Assembly: GCA_032718475.1 (NCBI GenBank)
Contig: JAUCBJ010004876.1
Coordinates: 1 to 42,806 of the forward strand
Direction of reading: 5' to 3'
DNA from: Nemertoderma westbladi
Taxonomy: Eukaryota > Animalia > Xenacoelomorpha
Length of the DNA: 42,806 bases
A program made the translations under genes and the position numbers. Positions 24,510 through 36,544 of this stretch are shown piece by piece. The notes below the pieces were generated by a model. The model saw only the letters and a program-made list of their open reading frames with translations, searched no databases and was not told the origin of the DNA. Each line of letters begins with the position of its first letter. Position 1 is the stretch's first letter.

Positions 24510-24830
24510 CTTGTATATTAACTGAACCGAGACCCTCATTGTAATGTAATAACCTTTAGGTTGATTATTATGCTGCTTCAATATATGTAGCAAAAGATAT
24601 AAAGCATCTGCGATTCCAAGACTGGCCATAATAACCCCATAACTCTTGGCACGGAATCGCGTTGACGATCTGACCACCACAGCAACAAGTAGATTGGAAA
24701 TCAAACCAATTGAAGCCAAACTTACTGTTAAAACATCCCAGATAACGGGATTACTACTCTTTGGACTGGCACATAATTCAACATTAAATGTTGAATTTGT
24801 TTCTTGTCCGTTCTCAGTAAAATTTCCCAT
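24510..24830 (-). pseudogene. Class A (rhodopsin-like) GPCR, exon 1 (N-terminus, TM1, TM2, start of TM3)
   Basis: N-terminal sequons NFT and NST; TM1 SIGLISNLLVAVVV; TM2 SLGIADALYL (LAxAD-like); phase-0 donor AAG|GTCAGT at 24510/24509. Confidence 0.7.
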
Positions 24831-25399
24831 TAGTCAAATTAGTTCTTGTATCTAAGTCATGAAATTATGAATACTAAACGCACAGATTGCGACGGTGATG
24901 TTTTATTAAATCAATGCGGGGATGGTGAAACCTTAAGCCGACAATCTATTGGATATATCTGACAGCATGGAGTAATTTCATTGGACGCTTTGCAACAATA
25001 AGCTTCCTTAAGAGATGCTCGAAAACGAATATATACCATGTCCAAGAATATAATAGATGGGATATAATATGGGTCATTCTCTTCAAAAGTGTGGAATCTC
25101 ATCATCTTCAAAATGGCGGGGGGGGGGGGGGGGGGGGGGATTTCATATGAGTATACTGTAGGCTAATTGATAACTTACGCTGGTATTATCTTTCGACAGG
25201 AAATTCCGGATCCAGTGGTAGTTGATGTCAGCTTATAAAAAATGTTGACAAATAATTAACAATGAATGAGACAAGCAATCATGGTACTGAATTTATTGAC
25301 CCGCTTCATGACTGACTACTTCCATGCAAAATGAAGCCGGATCAATGGGGTCGCTAGGCAGGGAAGGCCAACCGATGGGATCAGGATGGATGGGTGGGG

Positions 25400-26560
25400 G
25401 GGGGGGGGGGGTGGGGGTTAGGCAGGGGTTGGCATTGTCTGGAAGGTAGACCTGGGATTAGGAGCAATTCATGTGCAAGTGCCAGGTTAAACCTTCCTGC
25501 TCCAGGATCTTGAATGCCTTCGCCAGGTCTTCTGGGCCTCCACAGAGTGTGTCATTGTCTAGGTACCACCAATTGATAACCAAGTTGGGGATTATCACCT
25601 TGATCATCTCTACCAATACCCCAAGGGGGCAAGTGGGTCACCCTGCTGAACACGACTAAGGATCTGGCAGTTTCCGAGCCAGAGCATAACAGAAACACCA
25701 TAGCAAGCCTCCTTCCTAGCAGATATGCCAGGGACACACTCCCTGATTTCAGAAAACATCAACAATTTGTCAATCGAGTTGATAGCATTGCTGAAATCAA
25801 CGAGCAGAACCCACTTGCTATTTGCTCGGATTGGTATGTCTGGAGGGTCTGGAGGTCATCAGGGATTGTGACACAAAAAAAACACAGGCCTCCCATCACA
25901 CTTATTTAACAACTTTGGCTATGCTCCCAAGGGTGATGGTAACAGGGGGGGAGTGGGTCCTAGGCAGAGCAATTTATCAGCTTACTCATGGTCGACTTCC
26001 ATGGCATCGACTGGGAGGAATGTTAAGGTTTGGTTGACCATCACCTTATTCCGCAATATTTATTCAGAAAACCAGCCATTAGGATTTGCGCTGTTGGCAT
26101 CCTTGTTAGCAGTGGAATCCATAGTTACTTTGTCGTGACACACATCCCCACACACCCCGACATTTTGATCCGAGAGACTGCCTTAGATATATGGTCCTTG
26201 GGGATTAGGTCTAGTGCCACTGCCAGTTCTTGGGGATTAGGTCTAGTGTCAGTTCTTGACTATTTCTTCTTCTGCACTCATTTCCCTCTGCTTCCTCCTG
26301 ATGTTCATTTACTCTTTACTCAACCTCTTGTCTCTCTCCCATATCACATTGTGTTGGGATCTCGGTTGACGAGAGATCCCGACTGGTTGACTTGATGGTG
26401 GTTGTTCCCTAGGCGCTCGCGGTGGCTCGCGGTGGCTCACGGTGGCGTTCTTGGTGGTTGACTTGGCCGTAGGCTGGTTGAACATTACTGTTATTAATTG
26501 ATGGTAATATATACTGAGTGACTGACTACTGTAGTACTGGTAGCACAACGAAGCGCCGCG
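25400..26560 (-). mobile_element. Decayed LINE ORF1 remnant (possibly SGNH-esterase type)
   Basis: GC-richer block with P/R/Q-rich peptides and weak esterase-like traces; many frameshifts. Confidence 0.3.
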
Positions 26561-28729
26561 TAGCGAAGCAGTGGAAAAACTATTTCACCTCTGCACTATA
26601 TGGAATGAATGCCAACTTGCTGCACAATGAATGACTGGTAATATATATGGGGAAAATATACTGCCTATAATAGGCTAACACATTTCATTGGCCTCTGGCT
26701 GATACACGACACATGCCACCCTCCCATTGGTCCAACTCACCCACCAGCTGGCCCTATTGCATCATCCCTCGGTTGGTATACCCTGGCTTTCCTTGTGGCT
26801 GTAAGTGGGCTTGTAGCCCCCCCCCCCCCCCCGCCCCCTACTATTAGCCTTCTTAAGCAGAGCTTGTGGGAGAAAACAGAATCAAATGAGTGCTCTGTGC
26901 AGTTCTATTCCCATCTCAGCTTATTGGACTCTTTCTAAGACATGTCCCCAAGCCCATGCTCCTTTGTGTTGATCTGGGACTTCCTCCATAACTTCAAATT
27001 CAGAGGAAAGAATCCCATGCTCCCTCTCTGTCTATTGCACACCAACCATCTGAGTATAGGAAAGATTTATTCCTAAAAGTAGTGTTATAAATGTGGCACA
27101 GTTGTTGCTGGGGTTTTGGTTGTTCCTGGTTACCCAGTAGAATCTCAGTAGTATGCATATCAGAATTAAACTTCTATTTTTTGAGAAAACGAGATGACTT
27201 TGGGTTCTATAATTATAATTATAATTAGTCAGCCCTGGCCTGTGTCCTACTAGTGATGTTTCTACTGGTGTTAGGCGATCTCGCCTTTGCAGAGAGACTA
27301 GGTTGTGGAAATCTTTGCGGCACTTTGCCATAGCATAATCATTTATGATATTGGAGTCAGAGTCGCTTTGAAGGTACATCTTTACAAACTGGCACACATT
27401 TTTATTATTTTCATAATTATTCTCATTAATTTCATGATTTTTTGTTTATTTTTTGGGCGTGATTAATATGCTAGAATTGAGTAAATAACACATTAGAATT
27501 ATGCGATTTACGTCTCAAGATTTTCACCTTAGTATTTTAAGATAATATCTTTGGCAATTTTGGTGAAATAACAGATATGTTTAATTATTGCTAAAAATGC
27601 GTGTTTAACGGCTTGTTGATTTGAAATAAAGCAGAAATTGAAAAATTCGACCAGAACCAAATCCAAATCATACCAAATTTCGTAGTATATGATTGAAATT
27701 TGGAAACAATTAGGGAGGGGGGAGGGGGGGCTCCGACCCCCTAGAAATGGTTGTTGTATTAAGGGAGATGGTGTATCAGTAATTTTATATTCTCGAATGC
27801 TTACAAATAAAATTGTTTCTCAAAAAGTTAACAGTCAACAACCTACATTGTTAAGATATTTCATGGATTATTCAATGCTTTAGTTGTTGTTTATTTTGGA
27901 TAATTTTATTCAAGAATGGTTTTACTTGCTTTTGATATAATATGTGAAATTTATGTAATTCTATAACTGTAATTTCTATCATTATAGAAGATTCCTTTTG
28001 AATATTCGGACAATTTCGACCCATTTCAAAATTTCATGTTTTTTTCTTGGGTCAGAAATGTTCTGGTCGCAATTGTCCAGGTAGGAAATGTCGTTCTATC
28101 CTTCTGACGTCTAAATATTTTCGATCATTTATTTAGGTATAGTATTGGTATGTGTATAGTATAAGATGTGAGGTATGGAAGTCCATGCATAAGGCATGAC
28201 TGTGGGAAACATGTGACATATAGTTGAAAACAGCGCGGTCAAAATGCTTTTGTATTTATTAACGTAATCATCTCCAATATTATCAAAATATGCACTGCAT
28301 ACCAATGAAAGCCACTTATTGTATTGTTCTTTATTACGTTATTCTGTCTTATTCGGTTATTCGATTATTAAAGATTCGGCTTATTTAAAATACAGTAAAA
28401 TATTCTACCAACTGAATAATAAAATTCCAGTAAATACCAAACACTTGAGTGTCCAAGAAGGAAACATCAATGGGAGTTGAATTGATGTAGGGATCAATTA
28501 AGGAATTGACAACTAGCGAATTTTGTTGTGTCGGTTGCTGTTCTTATTTACCAAAAAAAACAGCGGGAGACAGCTTGCTTGACCGGGTGGCCCAGGCATA
28601 GAAAATGATTGGTTGTAAATGTGCTTCATTTTTTATAAATTGGTTCTGTACTCTAAAACTAAAACTATTTATTTATACTATTGCATTGCTAAAAGTAAAT
28701 ATCTAAGGTATTCTATTTGTATATGCAAT

Positions 28730-29285
28730 GTAAGGGAAATGCATGGGCAGCCTTGAATAGGCTTTCCAGGATTTGGAAGTCACCGAGAATTAATCGGAAA
28801 CTTAAGGTCCGATTATTTAGAGCAGCAGTAGTTCCAGTATTCCTCTATGGGAGTCCATGCTAGGCTCTAACTGCTGAGGACACCAAATCGCTGGATGGCA
28901 CATTCACAAGAATGCTACGCCGGGTTCATTGTGTCAATTGCACACATCTCCAACGAGACACTATATAACATTGGAGGTGTCTCATTGGTTCCCCCAAGCT
29001 TGACACTAGAACAAAATCGCCTCCGCTTTGCAGGACATTGCTTTCGCTGTGAGGACCAGCCCGTGCATAATCTTGTACTTTGGCAGCCTCATGGAGTGAA
29101 TAAGCATGGTGGACAGCCCCTGACTTTCTTGAGACGCATCTTAAAGGACACTGGCCTTGAAGATGCAGATGATCTAGCAAATGTCATGGGTGATAGGGAG
29201 TTGTGGCGGTGCAATTTTGTCGATAAGCCGGCACAGCATTCTTAAAAATGCAGCTGCAATGCAGCATGCCGATCCTAGTAGTAGT
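28730..29285 (+). mobile_element. RTE 3' fragment, same family as 18264-18828
   Basis: Direct nucleotide similarity (gcatgggcagccttgaataggctttcc ... gcagcatgccgatcctagtagtagta); RLRFAGHCFR. Confidence 0.95.
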
Positions 29286-30236
29286 ACTACTACTACTAGG
29301 TCGAGCGAACTCGGACAGTGGAAATGAGATCCTTCCAGGCTTCCCGATTCTCCATAGTTGTCGCAATTTCGTTTCTCCCAAGTTCAGTATCCCTTCCAAG
29401 TTGATCTATATATGTTATGGCAGGTCGTCCACGACTACGCTTTCCATGAGTTGGTTGCCAGAGAAGTAGATCTGGTATGACCTCGTCTTTACTTCGCCAG
29501 CAGTGCCCATTGAATCTTAATCTGCGTTCACGGAGGGTGGTTGATACAGGTGGTATTGTACCATAAAGCTCAGCGTTTGTCATGTGTTGTCTCCAGCTGA
29601 TGTTTAGGGCTGCCCTTAGTAGTCTTGTGTAGCAACCATCAATTCGTTGTTCAAGTGATTTAGTCAGTGTCCAGGTCTCACCCCCGTATAAAAATACACT
29701 TTCCACTGTGGCTCGAAAGAACTTAGTCTTCAGGTGCCTGGAGAGATCTGATTTCCAGATGGTATCCATTTTTGATAGAGCTACCCAAGCCTTTGCTTTC
29801 CTAACTTCTATGTGCTTTTTGCTACTCTCTATCCATGATCCAAGGTACTGGAAGTCATCGACCTTCCTTAGTTGATTATTATCAATGGTTGTCAAGTTTC
29901 CATCAACATTAAAGGTCATGAATTCGGTCTTGGTAGCATTTATATGCAATCCAACCTCCTTAGCAGCCCTATCCACTTTATTTAGTAGAAGCTGTGCATC
30001 TGCTAGCGTATTAGAGAGCAGGGCGATGTCATCCGCAAAGTCGGTGTCTGTGACTGTAGTTGCCGGATATCTACTACTTCTGCGTTCTTGAAGTGTGAAT
30101 CCCAGATCTTCACCCTTTGTGGCCGTCCTCATTGCGTAATCCAGCACAATTACCAATAGTAATGGTGCTAATGTGTCACCTTGCAGTACGCCAGCCAGGA
30201 TTGAGAAAAACTCAGTTTCACCATCTGGTGAGAGTT
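29286..30236 (-). mobile_element. 5'-truncated RTE LINE of a second family with an intact RT C-terminal frame
   Basis: GVLQGDTLAP, TDTDFADD, FQYLGS, RLRFNGHCWR, RGRP; the stop runs directly into a (TAG)n tail. The first ~22 residues of ORF 29296-30300 come from the neighbouring LINE tail. Confidence 0.92.
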
Positions 30237-30543
30237 TGATTGATTGATTGATTGATTTTTTTTTACACTGGTGGTAGAGCTGGCTAAAAACGAACTGCAC
30301 CGAACATAATTACTAACTGTAAGGGGACATGTCGTAAAATGTTAAGTAAATTACATAATAGTTATTTGAGTGTGTAAAGTAAAAACATTCGATTATAAAA
30401 AAATTGTGAATTAAAACCAAGTGTAAGGATAGCTAGCCTCATGAGGTATTAAACCTCGTTTCCATGAGGGTCCTATAAATAAAATAGTGTTTAATATTAA
30501 TGTTAAAAAGTTAAGAGGGGGGCTCAGCCTCGAACAGGTGTTT

Positions 30544-33500
30544 TCAGATATCGGTTTCTGACAGATTTGTTAATAAGTGTTTTTTCAGTTGGTGTTTGAA
30601 GGCATCAAGGGAGGGCGCATTCACTATGGTCTGGGGTAGGCGATTCCAATGGAGTGGTCCCTTGTAGCTGAACGCGTGCTGCCCGTAGATAGTAGACCTC
30701 TGTGGAATGATTTGTTGTTGGTTGTGAGAGCGTGCGCTGCGTCTCCCAGGAGCCGGTGTAATCATGTCGGAGAGGTATTCTGGCGCCGTACCATGTGCGA
30801 TCCTGTACATGTGTGCCAGCGTGACAGCCTCGACACGCTGGGGTAATTGTAGCCAGTTGATTGCCTTGTAGTGAAGGAGGCCAATGTGTTCTCTGGCACC
30901 TAGTTTTAGGCAAAAACGAATACATTTCCGTACTAGGGCCTCCAGTTGGTTTTTGTACTTTAGAGTTATAGAGTTGAACCACGTGGTTGCCGCATAGTCA
31001 ATGTGCGGCTGTATTAGGGTATTACAAAGGAGCCTTCTTGTGTGCTGGTCAAGTACTGCTCCGTTACGATGTAGAAACTTGAGGCGATTGTTACCTTTTT
31101 TTATTATTTTTCTCGCTCGCCATCTCTAAACCGGTCAGATGCGTGTTAATTTCGGCTCCTAGGTATTTTACTGACATGGAGTTTGTGACTGGTTTGTCAT
31201 TGCAGAAAACTTTAATTTCATCTGACGCAGCGACACGCTGGTGGGATCCCAGTAAGATGCATTCAGTCTTACCATAATTAATGGTTAACTTGTTCTCTGC
31301 ACACCATTCGGCAACGCGTCCCATGGTTTCGGTTAACGATTTTGATATAGCTTTAGTGTCTTCGTTGCTCATGAGTAGGGCTGTGTCATCGGCAAACGAT
31401 GGGTCGACTGTATCATCTTCTATTACCTGATGAAAATCATTTGTTTCAACTATGTAAAGGAGGGCACCCAGGACGGATCCCTCTGGGACTCCATGTTCTA
31501 TACTAAGTCGAGTTGATTTGGATTTTCCGATTCGCACATATTGGGATCGGCCGGTTAAATATGATTTGAACCATTTTATTGTTGCTTCTGAGGCCCCTAA
31601 TGCTCTTAGTTTCTGCAGTAAGATCGTATGGTTGACTGTTGTAAACGCTTTGCGTAGATCGATAAGGACCATCCCAGTCACTCTCCCTTTGTCTATGGCT
31701 TCCCTTATTACATTATCTACCATTAATAAAGCTGACTCCGTTGAATAGCCGGGCCTAAAACCCGATTGCAGTCTGTATATGAGCTTCCTAGAAATTAGGT
31801 AGTACAGCAGTTGATTGTAACCAACTCATTCCAGGATCTTCGAGAGAATGGTCAGGAGTGCTATTGCCCGATAATTTCCTCTGTCTAGCGATGGTCCCTT
31901 CTTCTTGTACGCTGGCTGCACGCAGGCGTTTTTCCAGCCTTGTGGGAATTCCGATTTCGCAATGGAGAGATTAATAATGTGAGTTAGTGGTTTAAGTAGG
32001 ACAGCCGCACTGTCTTTGATTACTGCCGCCGGAATGTCGTCAGGTCCTGTTGCCTTGCTGGCATCAATTTTGTTTAGTATAGCAGCTACATCTGACTCGG
32101 TCGCTGGTTGTAGCTCAAAGTCATTGTCTACAACGCCTAGTCGACGATAATATTGCTTAGTTGCTTCGATACCATATTTACCAGTCGTGGGTGGCAGGTC
32201 AGACATTAGTTCTGTAGCGATGTTGGTGAAGTACTGGTTAAAGCCATTGCAGATTGTTGGTACATCTCTACATATGGCGCCATCTATTATAATCGCGCTA
32301 GGGGGCGCTGAGGGTGTCTGGCGTTTTGTAGGTGGTGCAATGAGTTTGAGAGCCTTCCAGAGCTTCTGGCTGTCCTTCCCTGCAGATGTCAGTTTTGTCT
32401 TTATATAGTTGTTTTTCTTGGCCCTGATTATATTCGTTGCTGAGTTGCGCAGAAGTCTGTATTCGCATTCATTGTCTGTGGATCTTATTGTGTGCAGTTT
32501 CTGGGATGCTCTGTTACGTTTAACTATTGCCTCAATAACTTCATTGTCGACCCACGGTTTGGTTCTAGACCTAACTCGAAAGGTACCATATGGTGCCAAG
32601 GAATCCAGGGTTGATGTTATCGCAGAGGTTAGTGATTCCACGGCGATATTAACATTTGTCTTTGTCTCTATCTGTGTTATTTGCTCATTACTACTGAGGG
32701 CGGAAGCAAACTTGGTCGATGTATATGACCTGTACGATCTGCATGTTATGGTCGTTGACAATTGTGTTGGCTGATGAAGATGTTTTCTGGTTGCGAACAC
32801 CATATAGTGGTCACTGATGCGTTCCTTAATGACTCCTGAGTTATTTACCATTGATGGGTTGGATACAAAGATATGGTCAATGATCGTGGATGTTGTTGCG
32901 GTAACACGTGTTGGTTCCGCTATGATCTCAGTTAGTCCATTGCAGTTGCAGAATGATATTAATTTCTTTATATTATCATGGTTTGACGTAAGATGGTCGA
33001 TGTTCTTTGTTTTCAGTTTTAGATTTTTGGTATCGGCAATCGGCGTTACATCGACATTTGTATCGCCCATAATTATTACCTCGTTATAAGAAGATATGTC
33101 AACCATGATCGACTCGATATTCACGAAAATTGCTGAGTCGGCCTCTGGTCTGTAGACCACGCCAGTAAGGATCGGCTTTGTGTTGCTCAAAAGTAATTCA
33201 CCCAGCAAAATTTCTGATGGGGATTTCCTACATTCCTTAAGTTCAACAAAGGTTAGTCCTTCTTTTATGAAAAGAGCCACACCTCCACCATGCCTAGACC
33301 TGTCTCTCCTATGAAGATGATATCCACGGATAGATATCTCATCATCTGATATTGAGTCATCTATCTTGGTCTCAGATATAGCGAGAACGTCTATTAAGGG
33401 GGATTCCAGAATTATACGCAGTTCGCTTATTTTGGGCTTCAGACTATTAATATTGATATGGGCGAAGTGAACTCCTCTGAGGCGGAATTTTGATAGCCAG

Positions 33501-36500
33501 GGGTTTGCTATTTTGTTTGTAGCCTCTACTGCCGCATTTAACGCGGCATTATCGGGAAACTGGTCGTTTTCATTATCAGTTCGATTATCGTTACCGGGTC
33601 TCTGATCAGTTACATTATCATTACCGGGTCTCTGATCAGTTACATTATCATTACCGGGTCTATTAACAATTACATTTTCATTACAGAGTCTGTGAGGTTG
33701 GACAATATCATTACCGGGTCTTTGATCAGTTGCAATACCATTACCAGGTCTCTGACCAGTTACATTATCATTACAAAGTATATGAGGTTCGACATTATCA
33801 TTACCGGGTCTTTGATTAGTTACAATATCATTACCGGGTCTCTGACCAGTTACATTATCATTACAAAGTATGTGAGGTTGGACATTATCATTACCGGGTC
33901 TTTGATCCGTTACAATATCATTACCTGGTCTCTGATCAGTTACATTATCATTACAGAGTCGGTGTGGTTGGACAACATCATTACCGTTTCTATGACCAGT
34001 TACATTATCATTACCTGGTCTCTGATCAGTTACATTTTCTTTACACAGTATGCGAGGTTGGACATTATCATTACCGGGTCTTTGATCAGTTACAATATCA
34101 TTACCTGGTCTCTGATCAGCTACATTATCATTACAGAGTCTGTGTGGTTGGACAATATCATTACCGTTTCGCTGACCAGTTACATTATCATTACCGGGTC
34201 TCTGATCAGTTACATTATCATTACCGGGTCTATTAACAATTACATTTTCATTACAGAGTCTGTGAGGTTGGACAATATCATTACCGGGTCTTTGATCAGT
34301 TGCAATACCATTACCAGGTCTCTGACCAGTTACATTATCATTACAAAGTATATGAGGTTCGACATTATCATTACCGGGTCTTTGATTAGTTACAATATCA
34401 TTACCGGGTCTCTGACCAGTTACATTATCATTACAAAGTATGTGAGGTTGGACATTATCATTACCGGGTCTTTGATCCGTTACAATATCATTACCTGGTC
34501 TCTGATCAGTTACATTATCATTACAGAGTCGGTGTGGTTGGACAACATCATTACCGTTTCTATGACCAGTTACATTATCATTACCTGGTCTCTGATCAGT
34601 TACATTTTCTTTACACAGTATGCGAGGTTGGACATTATCATTACCGGGTCTTTGATTAGTTACAATATCATTACCGGGTCTCTGACCAGTTACATTATCA
34701 TTACAAAGTATGTGAGGTTGGACATTATCATTACCGGGTCTTTGATCCGTTACAATATCATTACCTGGTCTCTGATCAGCTACATTATCATTACAGAGTC
34801 TGTGTGGTTGGACAATATCATTACCGTTTCGTTGACCAGTTACATTATCATTACCGGGTCTCTGATCAGTTACATTATCAATACAGTGACTATGATCATA
34901 ATGTTGTACATTATCATTACCGGGTCTCTGATTGTGATCAGTTACATTATCTTTACCGGATCCCTGAGTAGTTGCATTACTATTGCATAGTCTGCCAGGT
35001 TCGACATTATCATTTCCGGGTCTCTGATCAGTTACATTATCATTACCACCGGGTCTTTGATCAGTTACATTTTCATTACCGGCGGGTCTCCGATCGGTTA
35101 CATTATCATTACCGGGTCTCTGATCAGTTACATTTCCATTACTGGCAGGTCTCTGATCAGTTACCTTATCATTACCGGGTCTCTGATCAGTTACATTATC
35201 ATTACCGGGTCTATTAACAATTACATTTTCATTACAGAGTCTGTGAGGTTGGACAATATCATTACCGGGTCTTTGATCAGTTGCAATACCATTACCGGGT
35301 CTCTGACCAGTTACATTATCATTACAAAGTATATGAGGTTCGACATTATCATTACCGGGTCTTTGATTAGTTATAATATCATTACCGGGTCTTTGATCAG
35401 TTGCAATACCATTACCGGGTCTCTGACCAGTTACATTATCATTACAAAGTATATGAGGTTCGACATTATCATTACCGGGTCTTTGATTAGTTATAATATC
35501 ATTACCGGGTCTCTGACCAGTTACATTATCATTACAGAGTCTGTGTGGTTGGACATTATCATTACCGGGTCTTTGATCAGTTACAATATCATTACCTGGT
35601 CTCTGATCAGCTACATTATCATTACAGAGTCTGTGAGGTTGGACAATATCATTACCGGGTCTTTGATCAGTTGCAATACCATTACCGGGTCTCTGACCAG
35701 TTACATTATCATTACAAAGTATATGAGGTTCGACATTATCATTACCGGGTCTTTGATTAGTTACAATATCATTACCGGGTCTCTGACCAGTTACATTATC
35801 ATTACAGAGTCTGTGTGGTTGGACAATATCATTACCGGGTCTTTGGTCAGTTACAACACCTGGTCTCTGATCAGTTACATTATCATTACAGAGTCGGTGT
35901 GGTTGGACAACATCATTACCGTTTCTATGACCAGTTACATTATCATTACCTGGTCTCTGATCAGTTACATTTTCTTTACACAGTATGCGAGGTTGGACAT
36001 TATCATTACCGGGTCTTTGATCAGTTACAATATCATTACCTGGTCTCTGATCAGCTACATTATCATTACAGAGTCTGTGTGGTTGGACAATATCATTACC
36101 GTTTCGCTGACCAGTTACATTATCATTACCGGGTCTCTGATCAGTTACATTATCATTACAGAGTCTGTGTGGTTGGACAATATCGTTACCTGGTCTCTGA
36201 TCAGTTACATTTTCATTACAGAGTCTGTGTGGTTGGACATTATCATTACCGGGTCTTTGACCAGCTACATTATCATTACCGGGTCTCTGATCAGTTACTT
36301 TATCAATATCGGGTCTTTGATCAGTTACATTATCATTACTACAGAGTCTGCCAGGTTGGGCGACATCATTACCAGGTCTCTGGTAGGTTACATTATCATT
36401 TCCGGGTCTCGTTACCTTATTATCATTACTGAGTAATTGATCAGTTACAATATCATTACCTGGTCTTTGATCAGTTACATTATCATTACAGGATTTGTGA

Positions 36501-36544
36501 GATTCGGCATTAACATTACAGAGTCTAATCCCGACCGTAATTAG
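30544..36544 (-). pseudogene. LINE ORF2 (decapeptide repeats, APE endonuclease, RT); open 36544-31829, nonsense codon at 31826-31828, frameshift near 31110
   Basis: Manual translation upstream of the track's GTG gives HININSL, ISETK, RRDRSRHGGGV; then MGDTN, IDHIF, SDH, GNYRAIALL, QSGFRP, FADD, KYLG, IQPHIDY, WNRLP. Confidence 0.9.
33572..36525 (-). repeat. 30-bp coding minisatellite (~98 units) with 570-bp higher-order duplications
   Basis: Plus-strand unit tacattatcattaccgggtctctgatcagt encodes NDNVTDQRPG on the minus strand. The variant tattaacaat recurs at 33661, 34231 and 35212. Confidence 0.97.

Noticed and set aside
27032-27397. Possible transposase C-terminal remnant (IINDYA...)
   Set aside because: The similarity is too weak to support without a profile search.
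33692-36436. Plus-strand hydrophobic ORFs (IIITGSLISY) and His/Tyr-rich ORFs as real proteins
   Set aside because: They are antisense shadows of the 30-bp array and contain stops. The minus frame is continuous with the LINE endonuclease.
33572-36525. CRISPR array
   Set aside because: No unique spacers, only a few recurring variants; eukaryotic LINE context; no cas genes.
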